DNA of 64,000 nucleotides, taken from NCBI GenBank assembly GCA_043827405.1, contig JBDRPD010000050.1, forward strand, positions 156,891 through 220,890. The letters are read 5' to 3'. Numbering within the stretch: position 1 is the stretch's first letter; each line of letters starts with the position of its first letter. The notes beneath the pieces were generated by a model. That model was given only the letters and a program-made list of their open reading frames with translations, was not told where the DNA came from and searched no databases. The DNA comes from Elusimicrobiota bacterium. GTDB taxonomy: Bacteria; Elusimicrobiota; Elusimicrobia; UBA1565. Positions 18,116 to 27,661 of the stretch are shown here, one piece after another. Made by a program: the position numbers and the translations under genes.

Positions 18116-19783
18116 ATGAGGATTCTTTGCCTCCTATTAACCCTCCCGGGGCTGGCGTTCGGCGCCCCCGTAGCGCGGATAGCCCCCGTCCGCGCCCCAG
18201 CCGTAAACGTCGGCGCGTCGGGGGCGGCATTAGGACAGCTCCAGCCCGCATTAACTCTTTCCGCCCCGCAGCAGGGCTCCGCGCTCGGTCAAGCCGGCTC
18301 CAGCCTCGTTCTTCCCGACGCGCCGTCGGTCATCGCCAAGGACGCGCCGAAGATCATCGTACCGGAAAAGAAAAAGATCATCGTACCGGAAAGCGGGATC
18401 ATCGCGGCGCCCAAGAAAAAGATCATTATCGCCGAAAGAGAGCTTACCGAGGAGGAAGCGGATGTCGACAACCGGCCCTCGGCGGAAGCGCTTGCGGAGC
18501 TCGCCAAGTCTCTCACCTCCGAAGCCGAGCCGGGAGAGCGGGGCGACGTCGACGGCCAAATCGCGGCGGCGCTCAACGCGCAATTCGACGGCATGTCGGC
18601 GGCGGACGCCCAGATCGCCGTCGAATATTTCGCGCCCGGCCCGCGGGCGCCGCAGCTCTCCAAAGTTGAACGGGCGGCGCATTCCCTCTTCCGGGGCCTG
18701 CTGCCGAGCTTTTATCGCCCGATTCCCGTCACCGCGCGCTACGATAAAAGCGCCCACCCCGAGACCGGCCATCTATGGAGCGCCGAGACCGGCCACATTA
18801 TCGAACTCAATCCCGTGCGCGCGGATTCCGCCGGCAATGTCCCCAGCGCCTTCGGCCTTCCCGGCCTCGCATTTGTGCAGCAGAAGATAGAGCAGGTCAT
18901 ACAGTTTGCGCATGAATACGCCCATGTGGTTTTCGACACCGTGGTGCGAAAAGCCGAGAACCACGCGCCGCTGGCGAGCTACTCCGCGATGACCGAAGGC
19001 TTCGCCGTGACCCTCGAACAGCAGCTGATCGATCGCGCGATCAACAATCCCGGGATGCTCGGCCTCTCCGTAAATGACGTTGCGGACCTGGTGACCATCG
19101 CCAAGGCGCGGCGCGACTGGCTCAATGCATTGGACACGCATTACTCGGAAGGCGTCCTCCCCTGGAAGAAGGCCTATGCCAACGGCGGAACCAAGGGTCT
19201 GCTTTCGTTTCTCTCCTCCCTCTCCGCGCAGCGCATGATCAGGATTCATCGTTCCGACCCCGTCTACCAGCTGGCTTCCGCCGAACCAGACCTCTTATCC
19301 GCCTATTTGGGCGGCGATAGCCGGCACCCCGCGCGCCGGGGGCTGGAGGCTTTCGGCAGGAACGCCCGCGGCGAGGAACTTGACGCAGGCGAACGCGACG
19401 CGGCGAAGGCGGTCATCGAGGCCGCCGGCCCGGAAGGCCGGCAGCGACTCTTCGAGCGGACGCTTTTGGAAGACAAGCGTATCGCGGCGCCCGTGAAACC
19501 CGCCGAGAAAACGGCCTGGTACGAGAAGGAGTCAAAAGCCCCGGTATCGGTCGAGGCGGTTTTCGCCCTGGCGCGCCTGAGCCCCGTGGGCGCCGCAGAG
19601 CTGGCGGCCTTTTTAACCCGTACCATTCAGGCATCCGATGGAGCGCGGCGCCTTTTCGGCCGCCCGGGTCCCAATGAGAAGCTCAACGCCGTCGTCGCGG
19701 GAGCCGAGTCCCTGCCGTTTGATGAAGCCGGGCGTCAGAGCTGGAGCGAAGCGCTTACCAACTGGCTGTTCGGCAACAGCTGA
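18116..19783 (+). CDS. Exported protein with zincin-type metallopeptidase motif
   Basis: Signal peptide MRILCLLLTLPGLAFG, low-complexity leader, HEYAH...TEGFA (gluzincin-like). Confidence 0.7.
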   Translation: MRILCLLLTLPGLAFGAPVARIAPVRAPAVNVGASGAALGQLQPALTLSAPQQGSALGQAGSSLVLPDAPSVIAKDAPKIIVPEKKKIIVPESGIIAAPKKKIIIAERELTEEEADVDNRPSAEALAELAKSLTSEAEPGERGDVDGQIAAALNAQFDGMSAADAQIAVEYFAPGPRAPQLSKVERAAHSLFRGLLPSFYRPIPVTARYDKSAHPETGHLWSAETGHIIELNPVRADSAGNVPSAFGLPGLAFVQQKIEQVIQFAHEYAHVVFDTVVRKAENHAPLASYSAMTEGFAVTLEQQLIDRAINNPGMLGLSVNDVADLVTIAKARRDWLNALDTHYSEGVLPWKKAYANGGTKGLLSFLSSLSAQRMIRIHRSDPVYQLASAEPDLLSAYLGGDSRHPARRGLEAFGRNARGEELDAGERDAAKAVIEAAGPEGRQRLFERTLLEDKRIAAPVKPAEKTAWYEKESKAPVSVEAVFALARLSPVGAAELAAFLTRTIQASDGARRLFGRPGPNEKLNAVVAGAESLPFDEAGRQSWSEALTNWLFGNS

Positions 19784-19807
19784 TCGCCGCCGACCGCAGA
19801 AGCGACC

Positions 19808-20281
19808 CTACCGCTGACGAAACTTCGACGTCCGCTCCTTATTCACCGTCGTCCAGGCCCCGGCGGCTTTGCGCCGGTCGAGCTTCTTTACCGCGATCCG
19901 CTTTTTCGTCTCGGGGAGCGGTCGAGGCCGGCTCTCCAATGCCTGCCGTTTTTCCCTGAATTCCGCCGCGGCCTCTTCAACTTCCCGCACCGCGTCAGCC
20001 AGGGGCCGGCCTTTACGCAGAACCGCGAAACTCGCCCTTTCAAGCAGCTCCGCGGGAGCATCCGGCGGCATGGCTTGGAGAATGCCGCGCAGCGCGGCGA
20101 TATTTGCGTCGCTCACCTTTTCCCGCACCGCCTTCAAGGCGATCCTGGATTTAAATCCGTAGGGTTGGCGAACCAGCCGGTTGGCCGCGCGGGCCTGATC
20201 GTCCGTCAGGCGTTGTTTAAGAAACTCGGCCCGCACCGCCGGATGCAGTCCCTTAATCTGGTTGGCAGTTAGTTTTTTCAT
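19808..20281 (-). CDS. Hypothetical basic protein
   Basis: 157-aa ATG ORF filling the gap between genes. Confidence 0.55.
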   Translation of the reverse strand: MKKLTANQIKGLHPAVRAEFLKQRLTDDQARAANRLVRQPYGFKSRIALKAVREKVSDANIAALRGILQAMPPDAPAELLERASFAVLRKGRPLADAVREVEEAAAEFREKRQALESRPRPLPETKKRIAVKKLDRRKAAGAWTTVNKERTSKFRQR

Positions 20282-20383
20282 AACAGTCGGCGCAGCGGCC
20301 GCTTCCTAAAAAGTATAGCCGTCTCGCATGAGAAGTAATAGTTAATTTTGCGCATAGCGGTTCGCGGGGCAAACCGCTATCCT

Positions 20384-20725
20384 ATGGGCGTGAACGACGA
20401 CGAGCGCAAAAAATTTAAAAAGAAGGTCCTGGCGGAAATCAAAGACCTTAAAAGCCGGCTGCCCGCTCTCAAAGAAGCGGCCAAACCGGTCGCCCCGGAC
20501 AATGCCGTGGGCCGCATCAGCCGCATGGACGCGATCAACGAGCAGGGCGTCCGGGAATCCGCCCTGCGCGAGGCCAAAGAGAAGCTGCGGAAGCTTGAAA
20601 ACAGACTGGAGCGGGCCGCGGACGCCGACTTCGGGCTCTGCTCCGGGTGCCGGCAGCCTATCCCCGCCGCGCGTCTCCTATACCTGCCGGAATCCGACCG
20701 CTGCGTCGCCTGCGCGCCGTTTTAG
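20384..20725 (+). CDS. TraR/DksA C4-type zinc-finger protein
   Basis: GRISRMDAI coiled coil and FGLCSGC..IP..RL..PE..RCVAC. GTG 20390 is an alternative start. Confidence 0.85.
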   Translation: MGVNDDERKKFKKKVLAEIKDLKSRLPALKEAAKPVAPDNAVGRISRMDAINEQGVRESALREAKEKLRKLENRLERAADADFGLCSGCRQPIPAARLLYLPESDRCVACAPF

Positions 20726-20744
20726 CCGCGCGGCTTAAATCCGG

Positions 20745-21077
20745 TCATGTGCGCGCCGCCATCAGCAGCCAGACGACAAGTCCGCTCGATATCAGCGTCG
20801 CCGCGGCCCATCGCAGCGTCAGCGGCAGCGGACGGGAGACATGCTCGGAGCTGCTGAGCTCGAACAGACTCCCCGGGCGCCATCGGTGGCCGCAGGATAG
20901 ACAGTACCTCACCTGAACGCCCCGGATAAGGCGGCTGTAGTGCCGCCACAGCGAGGATGCGCGCCGGACTTCCATGCCAAGGCACTTTGAACATTGCTCG
21001 GAAATAGGACCCTGTCGCGGTCCCGACGAAACGGATGATGGGGGCCTCCCGCTTTGCGTCTCAGATTTTTGTTCCAT
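20745..21077 (-). CDS. Small Zn-ribbon membrane protein
   Basis: CSKC...YCLSCGHRW and a C-terminal TM helix. Confidence 0.5.
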   Translation of the reverse strand: MEQKSETQSGRPPSSVSSGPRQGPISEQCSKCLGMEVRRASSLWRHYSRLIRGVQVRYCLSCGHRWRPGSLFELSSSEHVSRPLPLTLRWAAATLISSGLVVWLLMAART

Positions 21078-21202
21078 AGCGAACTCCCGGGAGACGGCCG
21101 GTCGCGGCCGCCTCCAAACAGTCCGCTATACTGTAACGCGCCGGCAGAACATCCGCTTAAACAGCGGCATAAATCGAACTCACATCCCACGGGAATGTGC
21201 CG

Positions 21203-21877
21203 TCAGCCGGGCCGTTCCGCCATCCAGATTATATGATGGCCGCCGCGATGCTTGTTTCTCGCGCGAGCGGCGATCTCTTCCACCCGAAAGCCCGCTTTCT
21301 TGAGCCGCTTGACGAACTTTCGATCCGGACGGGCGGACCAGACGCCCAAGACTCCTCGGGGCTGCAAAGCCGAAAAGGCGGCTTCCAGCCCGGCGGGGGA
21401 GTAGAGCCAGTTATTCACTTCCCGGGTCAGCCCCTCGGGGCTATTGTCCACATCCAGCAGAATGGCGCTGTAAACTTCGCGCCCCGCGCGGATCGTCTCC
21501 GCCACGTCCTGCTCCAGAACGGTGACGCGTCGATCTTTCAGGGGATGGCCGGCCAGATGCGACAGCGGACCCCGGTTCCATTTGACCACCGCGGGCACGA
21601 TCTCGGCGACCACCAGCCGGGCGCCCGGACCCACCCGCTTGAGCGCTTCGGCCAAGGTATAGCCCATGCCCAGCCCGCCGATCAGGATGGCCGGCTTGGG
21701 CTTGCCGCGAAACCTCGCGCAGGCGATAGACGCCAGGCCGTCCTCCGACGCATGGAGAGAGCTGTTCATGAGTATGCTCGCATCCAAATTGATGGAGAAC
21801 TCCTCGCCCCGGTTGTAGAGACGCAGCGCCCCCCCGCCGGGGAAGGAAACCTGGTCTAAAAGCTTCCATGGAATCAT
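21203..21877 (-). CDS. Spermidine synthase-like SAM-dependent methyltransferase
   Basis: LIGGLGMGYTL, ILLDVDNSP, GVLGVWSA. Confidence 0.85.
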   Translation of the reverse strand: MIPWKLLDQVSFPGGGALRLYNRGEEFSINLDASILMNSSLHASEDGLASIACARFRGKPKPAILIGGLGMGYTLAEALKRVGPGARLVVAEIVPAVVKWNRGPLSHLAGHPLKDRRVTVLEQDVAETIRAGREVYSAILLDVDNSPEGLTREVNNWLYSPAGLEAAFSALQPRGVLGVWSARPDRKFVKRLKKAGFRVEEIAARARNKHRGGHHIIWMAERPG

Positions 21878-24064
21878 CTAGCCGTTAAACTCCTCTTCTT
21901 CCCAGCCCTCATCTTCAACCATTTCAAAGCGCAGTTCTTCGGCTGGCGGCGGAGCCGGCTGCTCCCGGGTGCCGGCGATGACGGCGAGCACGTCCTTGCC
22001 GAGCCCGCGCGCCTTGCTCGGACCGATGCCTTTGATATCCAGCAGCTCATCCTGAGTGCTCGGCTTGACGCGGGCCAGCTCATCGAGCGTGGCGTCGTTG
22101 AAGATCATATAGGCCGGCACGCGCCGGGCCGCGGCTTTCTTGAAGCGCCATTGCCGCAGCTCCGCGAGCAGGGCATTATCGCGCGGGCCGGCCGGCTTGG
22201 CGGCGGCTTGGCGTTTGCCGCCGGACGGTCCGGGGCGGGCGGCCTCCGGCATCGCCACGTTCACCTCGCCGGCGCCGGCGATGACTTGACGGCCGAGCTC
22301 GGTGATCGAGAGCACCGGGTATTTGTCGCCGCTGATGCGCAGGCAGCCGGCCTGCGCCAATTCGGTCAGCAGGCTGAAGGCGTAATCCGCGCCCTGGTTC
22401 TTAAGCGCGCCGTAAGCCGGGCTGCCGTCGAGGCATACGTCGAGCACTTCTTTCGAGCGCGAGCCGGCCAGCGTCTGCGCGATGCGCCCGCGGCCGAAGC
22501 GGCCGTCGGCGTTGTGCACGGCCATAAGCGCCTGCCGGATCAGCTCTTGCTCGCCCGCCGTCACCGGACGCGCGGCGCGCGACTGGCGCGAGGAGCAGTT
22601 ATCACAGGCGTCGCAGCTTTCCTTAATATGGGGGTCGCCGAAGTAATCGAGAATGAAGCGGTGACGGCAGCCGGCGTCGCCGGCGTAGCGGATTATGCGC
22701 TGCAGCTTCTCGCCGTCGCGTTCGCGCTTCTGCTCCAGCTGCGCGAAGTCGAAGCCGAGGTCCTCGATGTCGCGGACCGGTTCGACCAAAGTCGTGGTAT
22801 AGGTGCGGCTGCCTTGATAATCGCGCTCAATCGCCTCGGCCCGCTGCAGCAGGCGGAGCGCGGTGCCCACGGCCATGGCATTGGGCCGGCCGCCGCCGAC
22901 CTTGGCCGCGATCTTGGTGATCGGCGTCTGGATCGGTCCCTTCCGGCACAGGCGCCGGACCGCCGCATAGGTGTCTTCGATGATGCCGCGCGTCGGATTG
23001 GATCCATCGAGGAAGAATTCCTGCGTCTTAACATCGGCATAGTTAAAGAGCAGCTCGCAGCGCGCCGGCTCGCCGTCGCGTCCGGCCCGCCCGGCCTCCT
23101 GGTAGTAGGCCTCGACGCTGCCGGGGATGTCGTAGTGCATCACAAACCGCAGATCGGCGCGGTCGATCCCCATGCCGAAGGCGTTGGTGGCGACGGCGAC
23201 CTCGCTGCGGCCGCGCATGAACTTCGTCTGCGCCTTGGTGCGCTTATCCTCATCCATCGCGCCATGGTAGGCGACGCATTTGACCTTGGCGCTTTTGAGC
23301 TCGCGGTAGAGCATCTCGACGTTCTTGCGCGTGGCGCAGTAGACGATACCGGTCTTATGCTTGTCGATGACGTCGCGGATGCGCGCGAGCTTATCCTGCT
23401 TGCCCCGGACCGGGGTGACGGCCAGCGTCAGGTTATGGCGGGCGAAGCCGGTGACGAAGGTCCGCGGCTCCCGGCGGCCGTTGCGGCCCAGCTCGAGCTG
23501 CTCCTTTATATCCTGCCGCACGACCGGCGTCGCCGTTGCGGTGAGCGCGATAACCTGCGGCTGACCGAGCTCTTTGAGCGCGCGCTTAAGGCGCAGGTAG
23601 TCGGGACGAAAGTCGTGCCCCCACTGGCTTAGACAATGCGCCTCGTCCAGAGCGAAGAGGCCGATATCAATAGGCTTAAGCGCCTCGAGAAAGCGGCGGC
23701 TCTTGAAGCGTTCGGGAGCGATGTAGACGATCTTGAGCTCCCCGCCGCGCATCTGCGCCAGGCGTTCGTCGATTTCGCCGGGGCTCAGGCTCGAGTTAAT
23801 GAAAGCGGCGCGCAGGCCCTTGGCGAGAAGGGCGTCGACCTGATCCTTCATGAGGGCGATCAGCGGCGAGATGACGAGGGTGAGGCCGTCTTTGGCCAGC
23901 GCCGGCAGCTGGTAGCACAGCGATTTGCCGCCGCCGGTCGGCATGATGACGAGCGCGTCATCGCCGCCGACGATGGCGGAGATGACTTCCTCCTGACCCT
24001 CGAGGAACTCGCGGTGGCCGAAATAGCGGCGCAGCAGTTCGCGGGGATCAGCGGCGGACGGCAT
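21878..24064 (-). CDS. recQ: ATP-dependent DNA helicase RecQ
   Basis: MPTGGGKSLCYQ, DEAHC, WGHDFRP, QEAGRAGRDG, Zn site, RQC and HRDC domains. Confidence 0.95.
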   Translation of the reverse strand: MPSAADPRELLRRYFGHREFLEGQEEVISAIVGGDDALVIMPTGGGKSLCYQLPALAKDGLTLVISPLIALMKDQVDALLAKGLRAAFINSSLSPGEIDERLAQMRGGELKIVYIAPERFKSRRFLEALKPIDIGLFALDEAHCLSQWGHDFRPDYLRLKRALKELGQPQVIALTATATPVVRQDIKEQLELGRNGRREPRTFVTGFARHNLTLAVTPVRGKQDKLARIRDVIDKHKTGIVYCATRKNVEMLYRELKSAKVKCVAYHGAMDEDKRTKAQTKFMRGRSEVAVATNAFGMGIDRADLRFVMHYDIPGSVEAYYQEAGRAGRDGEPARCELLFNYADVKTQEFFLDGSNPTRGIIEDTYAAVRRLCRKGPIQTPITKIAAKVGGGRPNAMAVGTALRLLQRAEAIERDYQGSRTYTTTLVEPVRDIEDLGFDFAQLEQKRERDGEKLQRIIRYAGDAGCRHRFILDYFGDPHIKESCDACDNCSSRQSRAARPVTAGEQELIRQALMAVHNADGRFGRGRIAQTLAGSRSKEVLDVCLDGSPAYGALKNQGADYAFSLLTELAQAGCLRISGDKYPVLSITELGRQVIAGAGEVNVAMPEAARPGPSGGKRQAAAKPAGPRDNALLAELRQWRFKKAAARRVPAYMIFNDATLDELARVKPSTQDELLDIKGIGPSKARGLGKDVLAVIAGTREQPAPPPAEELRFEMVEDEGWEEEEFNG

Positions 24065-24070
24065 AACGTT

Positions 24071-24628
24071 CTACGCCCGTTCGACGTACTCCCCGGTGTT
24101 CGTATTGACCCGGACCTTGTCGCCCGCGTTGATAAAGAGCGGCACTTGGACATCGGCGCCGGTCTCGGTCTTGGCCGGCTTCTTGACGCCTTGGGCGGTA
24201 TTGCCCTTCACCCCGGGCTCGGTCTCGACGATCTCGTAGACGACGTTGATCGGTATTTCGACCGAGACGAACTTGCCGTCGATATGGACCGAGACCACTT
24301 GCATGTCGTCCTTCATATACTTCGCCATATCCCCGATCACATCTGCCGTCAGGTACTCCTGCTCGTAGGTTTCCTGGTCCATGAAGTGATAGCCGGCGCC
24401 GTCGCTGTAGAGGAAGGTCTTGTTGCGCCGCAGCACCTCCACCTCGCGGAACTTAACGTCCGGCTTCATGGTCTTTTCAATGGTCGAACCGCGCTTCATG
24501 TTCTTGATCTTGAGGCGCACGACGGCCCCGCCTTTGCCGGGCTTGTGATGCTGGAACCACACCACGGTGAAAATATCGTCGCCGTCGGCGAAGACGGTTC
24601 CGTTCTTAAAATCGCCCACTCGAATCAT
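24071..24628 (-). CDS. efp: Elongation factor P
   Basis: HHKPGKGGA, ETEPGVKGNT, VPLFINAGD. Confidence 0.97.
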   Translation of the reverse strand: MIRVGDFKNGTVFADGDDIFTVVWFQHHKPGKGGAVVRLKIKNMKRGSTIEKTMKPDVKFREVEVLRRNKTFLYSDGAGYHFMDQETYEQEYLTADVIGDMAKYMKDDMQVVSVHIDGKFVSVEIPINVVYEIVETEPGVKGNTAQGVKKPAKTETGADVQVPLFINAGDKVRVNTNTGEYVERA

Positions 24629-24707
24629 GTATCGCGCGCTCCTTACGGCAAGTGTTCCGACCGGGTATTTTAGCAAAGGCGCCGGACCATTCAGTATCAT
24701 GTACCGC

Positions 24708-25196
24708 ATGGAGCTGGAAAAGGCCCGCCTGCTGGCCGCCGACCTGATGCGGCGCCACGACCTGGGCGGGGGCTCGCCCTGGGCCTTCGCGTTCGACCGC
24801 AGCCGCCGCCGTTTCGGCGTCTGTATCCCCCAGCACCGGCGCATCCAGCTGTCCAGACACCTTACCCTGCTCAACGGCGAGGAGCAGGTCAGAGACACCT
24901 TGCTGCACGAAATCGCCCATGCCCTGGTATTCCTGCGCTATGGTCCGCGCATCGGCCACGACCGGCGGTGGAAGAAGATCGCCGCCGCCATCGGCGCCAA
25001 GCCCGCGCGCTGCTACGACTACGCCGCTGTCGATACCCCGCCGCTGCCCTACCTCGTTAAGTGCGAGCGGCACGGCATCCTCGGCCAGCGCGCGCGGCGC
25101 TGGAGCGGGCAGCGCTCCTGCTCGCGCTGCCGGCGGCGGTTCGACCCCGAGCATCTGGTCGCGCTGATACCGAACCCCGCTTACCGCGACGCGTAG
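24708..25196 (+). CDS. SprT-like zinc metalloprotease
   Basis: RRFGVC, DTLLHEIAHA, GHDRRWK and C-terminal Cys cluster. Confidence 0.88.
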   Translation: MELEKARLLAADLMRRHDLGGGSPWAFAFDRSRRRFGVCIPQHRRIQLSRHLTLLNGEEQVRDTLLHEIAHALVFLRYGPRIGHDRRWKKIAAAIGAKPARCYDYAAVDTPPLPYLVKCERHGILGQRARRWSGQRSCSRCRRRFDPEHLVALIPNPAYRDA

Positions 25197-25211
25197 GAAC
25201 ATCCCCGGCCC

Positions 25212-26582
25212 TTACTCAAAAAACGAGCCGAAGAACACGTAGTACTTCCCAGACTTGAAACCGCGGGCGTGATCGTAGCCCTGCGCCGCCTGCTCCGGCG
25301 AGAAGCCGTAGCGCCGGGCGAAGCTCCGCGACTGCACCACGGAGCCGGTCTGCGGCGCCTCGCGGATCATGCCGTCGCCGATATACACGACGACATGCGA
25401 GATTCTCCGATCCTTGGTCTTGGAGGTGAAGACCAGGTCCCCTTTCTCCAGCTTGGCGGGGTTGACCGGCCGGGCGGCCGCTTTCTGCTGCCGCGAGGTC
25501 CGGGGCACGACCCGGCCCATGCCGACATAGGACGCCGCCAGCTGCACCATGCCCGAGCAGTCCACGCCCCGCGGCGAGCGGCCGCCCCATTTATAGGGAA
25601 CGCCCTCGAGCTGGGCCGTCTCCTTGACGAAGGCCTCGCGCAGCGGGTCGGCACCGCCGAGACCGCCGCGCGGCTCGATCCGGCGTACCGGAAAAGACGC
25701 CGCCAGGGACGCATCGCCGCTCATCCGGTCTTCAGGCACCCAGCCGCGGATATTCTGCCCGGGAATAAATACCGGCATCATGCCGTCGACCGACGGCCCG
25801 GTGATCTCGACCGCCTCGCCCGTCATCAGCTGGGTGGCGAGCTTGTGCTCCTTGCCGTCGATATCCATGGTCTCGTCGGACTCCAAGCCTTCCATATCGG
25901 AGAAGACGTCAACGGTGTCGGCAGACGCGTAACGGAGCACGGGACCGGAGGCGCTCTCCGCGGGCTTGCCGCGCTGCGTTTGGAAGCTGTGCGCCGGCTC
26001 CTGGTCCTTGCCGTCGAACTTGACCGAAAAGCGCGACAGGCGGCCGTCCGAAGCAGCCGCTCCATGCCCGCCGGCCGCCGCCGCGGCGCCGCCCCCGCCT
26101 CCGGCAGCGGTACCGCCGCCCGCCGTTTTAATTTTGCCGGCGGAGGATGAACCGCCGCCGCCGAGCCCATCGCCTTTCCCGCCGCCGCCGTCCGCCGCGG
26201 CCCCGGCGCCGCTGCCGCTCCCGGAAGCGAGCATAAAGGTATCCGTACCGCCGCCGCCCCAATCACCGTCCCCCGAACCGGCGGTCCCGGCCGCGGTCGT
26301 CTTAAGCCGCGGCCGGGCACTGCCGGCGGCCGCGCGCTCTTCCTGTTCGCCGGAGGCCGCGGCAGCAGCGGCGACGGCGTCTGACCGGGAGGCGTTCGCG
26401 GCGGCGCGCGTCTGCGGATTGCGGCTGTCGGGCATATATTTGAAGGCGCGTTCCGGCGCGGGCAGGCCGCCCCCGGCGCTCCAGGCGCTTATGGACTTCT
26501 CGCGCCTGCCGCGCAGCGCCCAAAGGCCGGCGAGGAGCGCGAGCAGGCCGATGCCGATGATTACCGCTTTGCGCGTATTCAT
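25212..26582 (-). CDS. Membrane-anchored NlpC/P60 (C40) cell-wall peptidase with Gly-rich linker
   Basis: PYKWGG..RGVDCSG, GDLVF, HVVVYIG. Confidence 0.9.
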   Translation of the reverse strand: MNTRKAVIIGIGLLALLAGLWALRGRREKSISAWSAGGGLPAPERAFKYMPDSRNPQTRAAANASRSDAVAAAAAASGEQEERAAAGSARPRLKTTAAGTAGSGDGDWGGGGTDTFMLASGSGSGAGAAADGGGGKGDGLGGGGSSSAGKIKTAGGGTAAGGGGGAAAAAGGHGAAASDGRLSRFSVKFDGKDQEPAHSFQTQRGKPAESASGPVLRYASADTVDVFSDMEGLESDETMDIDGKEHKLATQLMTGEAVEITGPSVDGMMPVFIPGQNIRGWVPEDRMSGDASLAASFPVRRIEPRGGLGGADPLREAFVKETAQLEGVPYKWGGRSPRGVDCSGMVQLAASYVGMGRVVPRTSRQQKAAARPVNPAKLEKGDLVFTSKTKDRRISHVVVYIGDGMIREAPQTGSVVQSRSFARRYGFSPEQAAQGYDHARGFKSGKYYVFFGSFFE

Positions 26583-26666
26583 CGCTCATAGGATGACGCG
26601 AATCCCGCCACAGGTCAACAGCAGATATGTATACTCTCGCGGGGCCCTTCCCCATAGGAGAGCATC

Positions 26667-27653
26667 ATGGGCATCGACGTCTACGGCATCGGCAACGCCC
26701 TCGTCGACGTACAGGCGGGGGTCGAGGACGCCGTCCTCGATAAAATCATCGCGCTCAAGACCCCGGGAGCTCCGGAGCGGATAGCCAAGGGCAATATGCA
26801 CCTGGTGGACGCCGCCGCCCAGCAGGCCGTCCTCGGCCAGCTCGCGGGGCATGACCTGGCCACCGTATCCGGCGGCAGCGCCTGCAATACCATGATCGGC
26901 CTGGCCCAGCTCGGCGGCCGCGCCGCCTACTGCGGCAAGGTCGCCGGCGACCAGTACGGCTCCTTCTTCGCCGAGGATTTGCGCGCCGCCGGCGTGGACT
27001 ACAACGTTCCATTCGGCGAGCAGGGCACGGGAACCTGCGCGGTGCTGGTCACGCCCGACGCCCAGCGCACCATGTTCACCAACCTCGGCATCAGCATCGA
27101 GCTCAAACCGGAAGACCTCGACTTCGACGCCATCGCCGCCGCCAAATGGGTTTACATCGAGGGCTACTTATGGGACGCGGCGGGCCCCAAGGCCGCCTCG
27201 GTAAAGGCCATGGAGTACGCCAAAAACAACGGCATCAAGGTCGCCTACAGCTATTCGGACTCCTTCTGCGTACAGCGCGCGCTTGAGGACTTTCGCCGCT
27301 TCACCAAGGACTACGTGGACCTGGTATTCTGCAACGATGACGAAGCCTGCGCCTTCGCCGGCCGCGACGACATCGAAGCGGCCCTCAAGGAAATCGAGAA
27401 ATACGGCACCGGCATCGCGGCGACCCGCGGCAAGCAGGGCTCAATCCTCGTACTGGACGGCGCCCGCCATGATATCGCTCCGGTCTCCTGCGTCCCCGTC
27501 GACACCACGGGAGCCGGCGACCTCTACGCCGCCGGCGTGCTGGCCGGCTTGTGCCGGGGACTCCCCCCCGCCGAGGCCGGCGCCCTGGGTTCCAAGATGG
27601 CGGCGCATGCCATCTCGGTCCGCGGCGCGCGCATCCCGGCTTCTGCGCTCTAG
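26667..27653 (+). CDS. PfkB-family (adenosine-like) kinase
   Basis: GNALVD, GGSACNT, DTTGAGDLYAAG. Confidence 0.9.
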   Translation: MGIDVYGIGNALVDVQAGVEDAVLDKIIALKTPGAPERIAKGNMHLVDAAAQQAVLGQLAGHDLATVSGGSACNTMIGLAQLGGRAAYCGKVAGDQYGSFFAEDLRAAGVDYNVPFGEQGTGTCAVLVTPDAQRTMFTNLGISIELKPEDLDFDAIAAAKWVYIEGYLWDAAGPKAASVKAMEYAKNNGIKVAYSYSDSFCVQRALEDFRRFTKDYVDLVFCNDDEACAFAGRDDIEAALKEIEKYGTGIAATRGKQGSILVLDGARHDIAPVSCVPVDTTGAGDLYAAGVLAGLCRGLPPAEAGALGSKMAAHAISVRGARIPASAL

Positions 27654-27661
27654 CGCGGCGC

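Noticed and set aside
22151..23632. 493-aa ORF antisense to recQ, and similar long shadow ORFs such as 46244-47911
   Set aside because: Expected high-GC antisense frames opposite well-supported genes
26040..26420. GCC/GGC-rich low-complexity tract
   Set aside because: Explained by the Gly/Ala linker of the NlpC/P60 protein
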